A stretch of 64,000 nt of DNA from contig CAWBAT010000003.1 of the NCBI GenBank assembly GCA_963786955.1, forward strand, positions 288,001 to 352,000. Direction: 5' to 3'. The notes below the pieces were generated by a model. It worked only from the letters and a program-made list of their open reading frames with translations, was not told the origin of the DNA and ran no database searches. Every line of letters begins with the position of its first letter. The first letter of the stretch is position 1. The position numbers and the translations under genes were made by a program. Below are positions 55,001 through 64,000 of the stretch, in pieces. The DNA is from an uncultured Acidimicrobiia bacterium. GTDB lineage: Bacteria; Acidobacteriota; Terriglobia; Versatilivoradales; Versatilivoraceae.

Positions 55001-58000
55001 CCTGTGCCTGTGAGGGGAATCGTGTGTGGACTGTCAAAGACGTTATTGTAGAGAATCAAGGTAGCCGTTCGGCCACCATCTGCGCTGGGCGTGAATGCCA
55101 CACTCATCACACAACTGTCGCCTGGGAGCACCGCCGTGCCCCAGCAGGTGTTTGTTTCAATGGAAAAGTCATTCGAGTTTGAGCCACTCAGCAGCGTCGC
55201 GCCCATAACAAAAGGACCAGGCCCAGTGTTGATGATCGTGAAGGATTGGGCCGTACTCGTGGTCCCAACAAATTGGCTCCCAAAGGTTAAACTTTGGTTG
55301 CCGAGGCTTGGGCTCAAGATCGGAGAAATCGAGACGGCCAGACTGTAATCAACTCCGGCTGCGATGATGGTTGCGCCGCTTAGGCCAGGGATCTCGAGTG
55401 GAATGGAACTGTTGGCATTGCCATTATTGCCCAACTGGCCAAACGTATTTCGACCCCAGGCCCAGCCTGAACCATCTGCTTTCAGTGCCACACTGTGGCT
55501 CCCGCCTGCGGCGATGGCCACTGCACTGGTTAGGCCGCTCACTTGAACTGGTGTGGTGCGGTTTGTCAGCGTGCCGTCGCCCAACTTGCCGTTGCCATTG
55601 TTGCCCCAGGCCCATACCGTTCCATCGGACTTCAAGGCCATACTGTGGAATGAACCTGCGGCAATGGTAAGCACGCCGGTCAAACCGCTCACCTGCACCG
55701 GCACGCTGCTGCTGGCAGTCGTTCCGTTGCCCAGCTGGCCCGAGTATAAAGCCCCCAGGCCCATACCGTACCGTCGGACATCAGAGCAAGGCTGTGAGAA
55801 CTTCCACCGGCCACCTCCACCACGCCCGCTAAACTGGTGACTTGCACCGGCACAGTGCTAAAGGTGGTTGTTCCGTTGCCCAACTGGCCGCTGCCGTTTT
55901 GTCCAAAAGACCACAGGGTCCCGTCCGCTTTCACCGCAAGGCTATGGAAGTCTCCCGCAGCCACGGCAATCACTTGGCTCAAACTGCTGACCTGGAGAGG
56001 AGTGGTGGTGTATTGCAGGTTTCCCAGGCCGAGCTGCCCAATGGCATTGCTGCCCCAAGCCCAGAGTGTGCCGTCGCTCCTGGCAGCCAAACTATGGTTG
56101 TGGCCCGCAGCGATTCGGCTCGCGTTCGTAAGCGTCGATACCTGGACAGGAACCGTGCGAGTTGCGAGTGTGCCGTCCCCAACTCTCCATTTCCGCTTTT
56201 TCCCCAAGACCAGACCGTGCCATCAACCTTCAGTGCCAGGCTATGCGTGGTCTTGCCTGCAAGCGCCAGCACCTGATGCAGACCACTCACCTGCACCGGG
56301 GTGCGGCTTAGGGCCGTTGTGCCGTTGCCCAACTGGCCGTTGCCGTTCTCTCCCCAAGCCAGCAGCGAAGCAGTCGCGCCGATTCCGTTCAGGCTCACAC
56401 TGTGCGGGCTGCCTGCTGCGTTATCGGTGATCGTCAAGCTCGCGCTCCGGCTACCCGCATCCGGGGTGCAAACTGAACCACGATGGTGGTGTAGTTCCCC
56501 TGCGGCACGGTGATGGGCAGCGGCAGTGAGCCAAAGCGAAAGTCTGCCGGGTCGGCGCCCGCCAGCGCCAGGCTCGAAATTACCAGTGACCCGTTGCCGC
56601 TGTTAGCAATAGTGAGCGTTTGTGTAGCGCCTGCAGGACCCACCGGCTGCATGCCGAAGTCAAAGCCAGCCGCACTCAGGCTGGCCACTGGGAAAACAAC
56701 CCCGTTGCCACTCAGGCTCACCGTGTGTGGGCTGCCCGGCGCATTGCTCGCAATGCTGACCGTGCCGGAGCGGGAGCCTGACGCGACAGGATGAACGTGA
56801 CATTGACGCTGCAACTGGCCGTGGCGGCCAGGCTCGCACCGCAGTTGTTGGTCTGGAAGTCCCCGCTTGCAGATATGCTTGTAATATTCAGGGCCACATT
56901 GCCCGTGTTGGTAAGCGTGAAGGTTCGGGCGGTGGAAGTCGACCCACAGGAGTGTCGGGAAAGATGAGCGCTGCCGGCGACAAACTCACGGCTGGAGCTG
57001 GCGCTACCTGCGTTGTGGCCGAGACTTCGGCGGAAGGTTCGCTGGTCACCATGTTCGGGTTGTTGCCGTGCGAATCGGTGACGGTCCGCACCACAAGATA
57101 GTAGGGCGTGGAGGGATTCAGGCCATTCAGAAGGAGACTGGAAGCGAACTTGTCCGTGGTGAAACCTGCCAGCGTATAGGGCCCACCGCTTGTCAGGCTA
57201 GTCCACACTTGATACCGGCCGGTATTCTGAGTATAGGCAATGCGAGCCCAGGAAACCAGAATTGAAGTGCTGGATTGTGCCGCCGCCTGAATGCTTGTAG
57301 GCGCAACGGTCTGGTAGCTTTGCCAGTTTCCGCCACTCTGCTTTGAGTTGAGAAAGGAAATCAGCGAGCCGTCAGTGGAATAGAGGGCGTTCCAGCGGAA
57401 GTCTGCTCCGTTCAGCGAAACCAGACCGGCCAAGCTGCTGGGGATGGGGCCACCAAGTTGATTACCACTCAAGCTAAGGTATTGCAGGCTCGTTAAGCTA
57501 GCGAGTTCGGCCGGAATCGCGCCGGTGAGCCGGTTGCTCCCGAGATACAGAGACCTTAAGTTCGCCAAATTGCCCAGGCCGGCGGAATGCTCCCGCTTAG
57601 GGGATTGTTCACCAAGTAAAGAGTTTGCAGGTTTGTTAAATTACCCAATTCACCCGGAATGGCGCCGGTAATCTGGCTGTTGTAGAGGTACAGATACCTT
57701 AGGTTCGCCAAACTGCCCAGGGTGGTGGGAATGCTCCCGCTGAGTGGATTGCTCCCTAACTCAAGGTACTGCAGGTTTGCTAAATTACCCAGTTCGGCTG
57801 GTATAGGGCCTGTGAGCTGGTTGCTATTGAGAACCAGATTGACCAACTTCGATAAACCGCCCAGGCTGGTGGGAATATTCCCACTGAGTTGATTGTTCGG
57901 TAAGTAAAGGGTTTGCAGGTTCGTCAAATTGGCCAGTTCAGGCGGAAGCGTGCCCGTGAGCTGGTTGTTGTAGAGGTTGAGTTGCCTCAGTTCGTCATGC

Positions 58001-59219
58001 TGCCCAAGCTGCTGGGAATGGCTCCGCCCAGCGGATTATTTCCCAAGTCAACGTATTGCAGGTTCGTCAGACTACTCAGTACGGCCGGAATTCCGCCGCT
58101 GAGTTGATTGCCCGATAAGTAAAGGGTTTGCAGGTTCGTCAGACTACTCAGTACGGCGGGAATGCCGCCGCTGAGTTGATTGCCCGATAAGTAAAGGTAT
58201 TGCAGGTTCGTCAAATTAGCCAGTTCGGGCGGAAGGGTGCCCGTGAGCTGATTATTGTAGAGGTAGAGATACCTCAAGTTCGCCATGCTGCCCAGGCTGC
58301 TGGGAATGGTTCCCCCCAGTGGATTACTACCCAAGTCAAGGTATTGCAGGTTCGTCAGACTACTCAGTACGGCCGGAATGCCGCCGCTGAGTTGATTGCC
58401 CGATAAGTGAAGGGTTTGCAGGTTGGTCAAATTAGCCAGTTCGGGCGGAAGGGTGCCCGTGAGCTGGTTATTGTAGAGGTAGAGATACCTCAAGTTCGTC
58501 ATGCTGCCCAAGCTGCTGGGAATGGCTCCGCCCAGCGGATTACTACCCAAGTCAAGGGTTTGCAGGTTCGTCAGACTACTCAGTACGGCCGGAATGCCGC
58601 CGCTGAGTTGATTGCCCGATAAGTAAAGGTATTGCAGGTTCGTCAAATTAGCCAGTTCGGGCGGAAGGGTGCCCGTGAGCTGGTTATTGTAGAGGTAGAG
58701 ATACCTCAAGTTCGTCATGCTGCCCAGGCTGCTGGGAATGGTTCCCCCCAGCCGATTACTACCCAAGTCAAGGTATTGCAGGTTCGTCAGACTACTCAGT
58801 ACGGCCGGAATGCCGCCGCTGAGTTGATTGCCCCATAAGTGAAGGGTTTGCAGGTTGGTCAAACTAGTCAGCACGGCCGCCGGAATGCCGCCAGTGAGTT
58901 GATTGCTCCTTAAGTAAAGGTATTGCAGATTCGTTAAATTACCCAGGCTAGTGGGAATTGAACCTGCAAGACGGTTCCCTGACAGGTTCAACTGCACGAC
59001 AGCAGTCTGGGTTCCGTTGCACGATACACCATACCAGGTGCACTCCGTTCCGGCCGCGCCGAGCCAATTGGTCTTGTAGTTCCAATTGGCGCCGCTCGTT
59101 CCGTTGTAAATGTCGATCAAGGCTTGCCGCTCGAGCGCTGAGACTGCACCCCGCAGAGCCGGTGGAGAAGCCAGACTGATCAACAGAGGGAGCAGTAGAA
59201 ATAGAAAACGAGAACCCAT
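52085..59219 (-). CDS. Giant exported LRR / FN3 / ASH(Ig-like) / RCC1-repeat protein (~2370 aa, split by frameshifts)
   Basis: Signal peptide MGSRFLFLLL, two LRR N-caps (ERQALID..W..CTW.GV.C), 24-aa LRRs, WG.N..GQLG.G RCC1 repeats, TLTN.G.A.L ASH repeats. Continuous across about nine ORFs. Confidence 0.85.
57914..58860 (-). repeat. 216-bp near-perfect tandem repeat (three LRRs per unit)
   Basis: Unit starts at 58201, 58417, 58633 and 58849; a 287-bp unit starts at 57914. Confidence 0.9.
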
Positions 59220-60689
59220 TTTAAATTGGCTGGTGAGTCTTCGTTGGTTTACAAGAGAGCTCTCTTGGTAAATACTCGGATGTCTTTTCATCTCACTGTT
59301 CTCCTGGTGATCTCTCCAAATGGCTTCCCAATATTTGAAACTTGCTTGATAACGACCCGCTCGGCTGATGAATTCCTTATGGAGTCTGGGATTCAAGGGT
59401 CTGGTCGTGGCTCCCCTTCAAACCATCGTCATCCTCATATGGGGGTGTCTCCCACTCTTTCTCAGAAATACTTCATTTTTCTTCTTCTACTCACTAATGC
59501 GAGAAAAGCGAAGTCAGGGGGCCCAAAGAAAACAATTTTTTTTGCTTGATACATCCATTAAAATTCTTGATTCGCGCAACGTCGTATACAGATAAAGAGT
59601 CGAATCCGAGGTTTTTGTGACATCGTTCCGTCGTTTTTCTTTTAGGGCCTCTAGATTTCGCATCGTCGAGCTCGAATACTCAGTGCTCAGTTTCACGGAT
59701 ACCGTCACATATGTTCGCCAGTGAGCGCGCGCTCCCGCCTGCGTTTAAGCGTGCTTCGGAGCGCCCGCTCCACCCCACTCCGTTGGCAGCTCGAAGCTGT
59801 GTTACCTTATTTCTGAAATGGAGAACCATGTTGCAGAAGTTCGTCCTGTAGCCGGACACGCGTCAGTTGGCGGAAGACTGGCCGGGGGTCAGCGATCCCG
59901 GGTAAGACATTTGGGCATAATTTGGGAGTCGGCCCTTGGCTACTTAGATCAAGCTTGTTCATGGTTTATCCCTCCATGCGATCAGAGTGGGCAACCTATG
60001 TCTGCAGCGAATCACGGAATTGTCATGATTCTGTGATATTGTCTGAAGGCTGCGTGGTCATATCTCATCCATCGAATCCGAGATCAGCGATTCTCGGCCA
60101 CAACTAGCTTCTCCTTCGCGGTTAGTGTTATTACACGGACATCTTGTTCACTTTTCCTAAATGGACTTTGGTAGCGCAGACCTGATTTCTAGGTCTGCGG
60201 TATCTAATCTTAATGACTCCTAATGTGATTTTCCTTTTCGATCCCACTGTAATTGGAATGGTTGTGAAGTGCTTGAAGGAGAGGTCAAGAATGTGTGGGG
60301 TTCTCGTGGAGTTTGTATCCTACGCTGCGAAAGGTGAGGATTCATTGGGGGTGATCCGGTACCGTCTCGATTTACTTGCGTGACGTGGTCACGTGCGAAT
60401 TGACGATGGAAGCGCTTTTCTGGGCGATTGCTGTCCCCCGATGTGGCTACATGCTTGCTGAGTGTGGAAAGGCAGCTAACCGTTGGGAGCGTGGAGGTTC
60501 CCCTCACCTGGTCCTGACGGATCACCCTTATAGTCGGTACAACAGGGTTGCCCGAGGATGAGTATATGAATAGCCGTCGTAGCGTTTCTTCTTTTTTGCC
60601 TCTTTTTTCTTTCTTTGTGGAAGCTGTGGATTTTGTGCAAAAGCCATGAAGGCCAACAGAACCATACCCCTCGTTGAGGGAATTGGGAT

Positions 60690-60860
60690 TAAATGGAGGG
60701 GTTGTCACCCGCCATCCTCCCGTTACGAACAAACCACCCGATCGTGCGACGATCAGGGAGAGACTTTCGAACGGGAGGGGGCTGGAGCTGAAACGCATTC
60801 TCAGAGGCTGCCCCGAGAGGACTCCCCTATAAGGGTTGCGCGGGCCCCAGCTGGCGAGGT
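60690..60860 (+). ncRNA. Bridge RNA (target-binding and donor-binding loops)
   Basis: Guides accaccc 60733-60739, gggagag 60756-60762, ctcagagg 60800-60807 and ctataag 60827-60833 lie within two stem-loops. RNA ends are approximate. Confidence 0.8.
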
Positions 60861-60892
60861 TCCTTCTCTTTATCCTAGAACGGGAGGAGATC

Positions 60893-62169
60893 ATGAGTTC
60901 TGATTCTGAAATTGCTGCCTTCATTGGTTTAGATTGGGCCGACCAACAACATGTCATTTGTCTGCGGGCGGCCGGCTCTGGTCAGGTCGAATCTCTAGTG
61001 GTGGACCAAAAACCGGAAAGCCTGCAAGCTTGGATCCAGCAATTGCGACTGCGATTTGGGGGCCGCCCGGTAGCCATCATCCTGGAGCAATCGCGGGGCG
61101 CCTTGTTGTATGCCTTGATGGACGTGGACTTCTTGCGGCTCTATCCAGTCAACCCTCTAACCTTGGCCAAGTTTCGCAAAGCCCTCTATCCCAGTGGCGC
61201 CAAGGATGATCCCACCGATGCCGCGCTCTTGCTGGAACTGCTGGAGAAGCATCGGGAGCGCCTCCGCGTTTGGGTTCCCGACGACCCCGACACCCGCTGC
61301 CTGCGCCTGCTCAGCGAAGCGCGACGCAAGCTGGTCAACCAGAAGACCGCTCTGACCAACGAGGTCACCAGCCTGTTGAAAGGCTATTTCCCTCAAGCCT
61401 TGTCCTGGGCGGGAGATCCCGACACCTTGCGGGCTTGTGATTTTCTGCAAAAGTGGTCCAGTCTGGATCAGCTGCGCCGGAGTTCCAGGACCACTCTGGA
61501 GAAATTTTACCGCCATCACGGTTGCCCCTCGGGCCGGTCGATCGACTCACTGCTGGAAGAAATTCGCCAGGCTCAACCCCTGACGCGAGACCCCGCCGTC
61601 ACCCGGGCCTCAGCCCTGATGGTGCAGGCCTTGATGCGCCAGGTTCGGGACCTGATCGAATCGATCTCCCAATTTAACCAACAAATCAAAGAGCTGTTTG
61701 AAAAGCATCCCGACTACGATGTGTTCCACAGTTTCCCCGGGGCCGGGCCGGCTTTGGGCCCCCGCCTCCTGACTTTGTTCGGATCGGATCGGAACCGTTT
61801 TCACTTGGCCTGCGAAGTACAGCTCTTGTGGGCATCGCCCCAGTCACCGAAAAAAGCGGCAAGTCCCATCGGGTCCATTGGCGGTGGGCTTGTCCGAAAT
61901 TCTTGCGCCAAAGCGTCCAGGAATTCTCGGAACAGTCGATTCGCCGTTCCCTGTGGGCGCGGACCTGCTATGACCGCCTCCGCGCGGCCGGCAAGTCTCA
62001 TCACGCGGCCCTGCGCGCCCTGGGCTACAAATGGCTTCGGATCATGTTCCGCTGTTGGAAGGAGCATACACCATACGACGAACAATATTACCTGGCTACC
62101 TTGCGGCATCGTGGGTCTCCCCTGGGAGAAGCATTGTCCCTCACAACCACGGAGACCATTTGTGAATAA
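60893..62169 (+). CDS. IS110 family DEDD recombinase (frameshift ~61828)
   Basis: IGLDWA, LEQ, KDDPTDA, FPGAGP; second frame GIAPVTEKSGKS. GGGAGGAG RBS. Confidence 0.92.
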
Positions 62170-62642
62170 ATTGTCATTTTCCTGTGCAAATAATAGTTGA
62201 CTTATCACCTCAGAGGTCTCTCCCGCGTTTGGGAGAGGGAAGCCGAAAAGTTGAAAAAGTGTGGTTTAGGTCGCTGGGAAATCAGCGAGCGGTGAGATCG
62301 GTTTTGATCTTGGGCAGAAAGTGTTCCACCACCCAGATGCATGCGGCATCGAACCCCCTGTTTGGAAGGCGATGTGTTGAGCGTCGAAACTGGCATATTG
62401 GACACGAAAATCTTTGGCATCCTCCAAGAAGACCTCTTCCTCCGCGGTCTCGATGGAACACCGGTAAACCCATTGCTCGTGTCTTCCTTTCTTGTAGAAG
62501 AAGTGCCGGGAATCATTGTCCAGGGCCAAACTTGGTGTTATTTCCTTCCTAATCACTCTTTCGTTTCCTTTTTTCACACCTTTGCTAAAGAAGTGGGGGA
62601 GATTAGCTTTCACCAAAACTACTGGAGGATGACAATTCTACT

Positions 62643-64000
62643 TCAAAAACTATACTTCAACCCAAACTGAATCTGACGCGCTGGATTGGATCCGTAAATG
62701 CGACCAAAATTCGGCGAGTCGAAATTGGTGTCTGGGTCGTAGAGGTTGACATTGTTGAACGCGTTAAAGAACTCCGCTCGAAACTGGATACGATGGCGCT
62801 CCTTGATGGTGAAGTTCTTAAAAAGCCCTAGCGTCCAGTACTGGTATCCAGGACCGATGATGATGTTCCTCCCGGCATTCCCGAAAGTATAAGGAGCTGG
62901 CTCGGAAAAAACTGATGTGTCAAACCAGCGATCCGCCGTGGGATTACTAATATTGGGATTCCCATTCACATTCGGCCGCTGGGTGACATTACGTGCGCCG
63001 ATGTTGGCGATATCCCGGTAGGTGAATACCCCAACCGGCGCCCCGGAACCGGCTGTCACGATTCCGTTGAACTGCCAGCCGCCCAGGATTTGGTTGGTAC
63101 CTGCTTTCATGTCTGTGCCGAATTTCTTGCCCTTTCCGACTGGAAGTTCGTAGACGAAGCTCATGGCAAAGATGTTCTTGTGGTGGAAATACGATAGCGC
63201 TCGGTCGCACTCGATACAGGCAGGATCCTGTGGCGAGCTGCTCAGCGAGAACCCGTCTCCTCCCGTATCGATATTGCGGCTGAAGGTGTAGGTGCCCATG
63301 AAAGCCAACCCATCCGAAAAGCGCTTTTCCGCCTTCAACTGCAATCCGTTGTAAATGGAGCTGGCAATGTCTGTCATCAAGCTGGTCGCTCCCAGATTGG
63401 TAAACGGCCGGCGTGACTGGACATCTCCCGGTCCCGGAGGCGCCGTGTTGGCATTGGCAAAAACCGAGGCTTTGGAACCCTTGGTGCCGACATATCCGGC
63501 TTCCAAAATGATATTCCCGGCAACCTGTCTCTGCACATGGACGTTCCACTGCTGCATATAACTCACCCGGCGATTGCGGTCCGCAATGTGCTGGGCATCC
63601 GGTGGGACATTTGTGCCAGGGCCCGTCGAGATGTCCGATGAGAAGGTTGTCTTCAAAGGGGAATTGATGACTGTTTGATTTAAGTTAGTCAGGGCCTCAC
63701 TGATGGCGAACGGCCAGTTCCCGCGAATCCCCTGAGCTTCCCACAGGAAGTTGGTGTTGTAAAACTTTCCGTAGCCGGCTCGAATCGTCGTCTTGGGGTT
63801 CAAGAGATAAGATACCCCGAAGCGAGGAGCCCAGTTGTTCTTATCCGGAGAAATGACCGTGGGGAAAGTGTTCGGTGGCTCTGCGGTGATGGGGTTGGTA
63901 GCTGCCCAGATGTAGTTTCCGGTATCGAGGTCGAAAGAACCCAACCGGTTGTCCCGATCTCGAGGCCACTGGGTATAGTCATAGCGCAACCCCACGTTCA
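62643..64000 (-). CDS. TonB-dependent receptor (Oar-like), C-terminal part
   Basis: GLRYDY, NWAPRFG, FGNAGRN, FRAEFFNAFN, ARQIQFGLKYSF. Confidence 0.92.
   Translation of the reverse strand, partial: NVGLRYDYTQWPRDRDNRLGSFDLDTGNYIWAATNPITAEPPNTFPTVISPDKNNWAPRFGVSYLLNPKTTIRAGYGKFYNTNFLWEAQGIRGNWPFAISEALTNLNQTVINSPLKTTFSSDISTGPGTNVPPDAQHIADRNRRVSYMQQWNVHVQRQVAGNIILEAGYVGTKGSKASVFANANTAPPGPGDVQSRRPFTNLGATSLMTDIASSIYNGLQLKAEKRFSDGLAFMGTYTFSRNIDTGGDGFSLSSSPQDPACIECDRALSYFHHKNIFAMSFVYELPVGKGKKFGTDMKAGTNQILGGWQFNGIVTAGSGAPVGVFTYRDIANIGARNVTQRPNVNGNPNISNPTADRWFDTSVFSEPAPYTFGNAGRNIIIGPGYQYWTLGLFKNFTIKERHRIQFRAEFFNAFNNVNLYDPDTNFDSPNFGRIYGSNPARQIQFGLKYSF

Larger units (their letters stand above)
60527..62219 (+). 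mobile_element. IS110 family element (IS621-like layout, CT core) inserted in a REP
   Basis: Removing it restores cccctcacctggtcctgacggatcacc-CT-ctcccgcgtttgggagaggg. Joining its ends gives TTGACT-17-TATAGT. Confidence 0.9.

Noticed and set aside
57914-58860. Diversity-generating retroelement template/variable repeat
   Set aside because: The repeats are in-frame tandem LRR units, the changes are not clearly adenine-specific, and no reverse transcriptase is in the window.
60836-60892. Longer N-terminus of the recombinase ORF
   Set aside because: It overlaps the predicted RNA, and a strong RBS precedes the ATG at 60893.
61820-61835. Programmed frameshift in the IS110 recombinase
   Set aside because: No slippery motif is evident and this is not typical of IS110; probably an error or inactivating indel.
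60521-62210. ATCACC at 60521 and 62204 as a target-site duplication
   Set aside because: CT-core ends restore the REP, give exact 17-bp promoter spacing and match the guides. IS110 elements do not make such duplications.
62266-62670. Small ORFs on both strands after the TonB receptor
   Set aside because: I could not assign a strand or family; possibly a gene fragment.

Overview
64 kb of bacterial chromosome, probably Acidobacteriota. This is inferred from gene content: an Oar-like TonB-dependent receptor, a PSD1/DUF1501 pair and dense REP-like repeats. Many genes are split by 1-bp frameshifts typical of an unpolished long-read assembly. Main content: a RuBisCO-like protein (RLP) sugar-catabolism cluster, a CPBP membrane protease, NhaA, a GxxExxY nuclease between two ~205-bp repeats, a two-component system, PP2C phosphatases, glycoside-hydrolase-like genes among IS remnants, an SDR/MFS/ADH/BKACE/aldolase cluster, a DUF433/DUF5615 TA pair and a ~7-kb LRR/RCC1/Ig surface protein. 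The strongest signals are three IS110-family elements, all inserted in REP hairpins. For 60527-62219 the CT core, circle-junction promoter and all four bridge-RNA guides can be read from the sequence. The inverted 1677-bp IS1111-type pair (11156-12832 and 13447-15123) has an unusually long 3' non-coding region with repeated guide-loop modules. No CRISPR array, tRNA or rRNA was recognised. All protein calls are by eye from motifs, with no database search.
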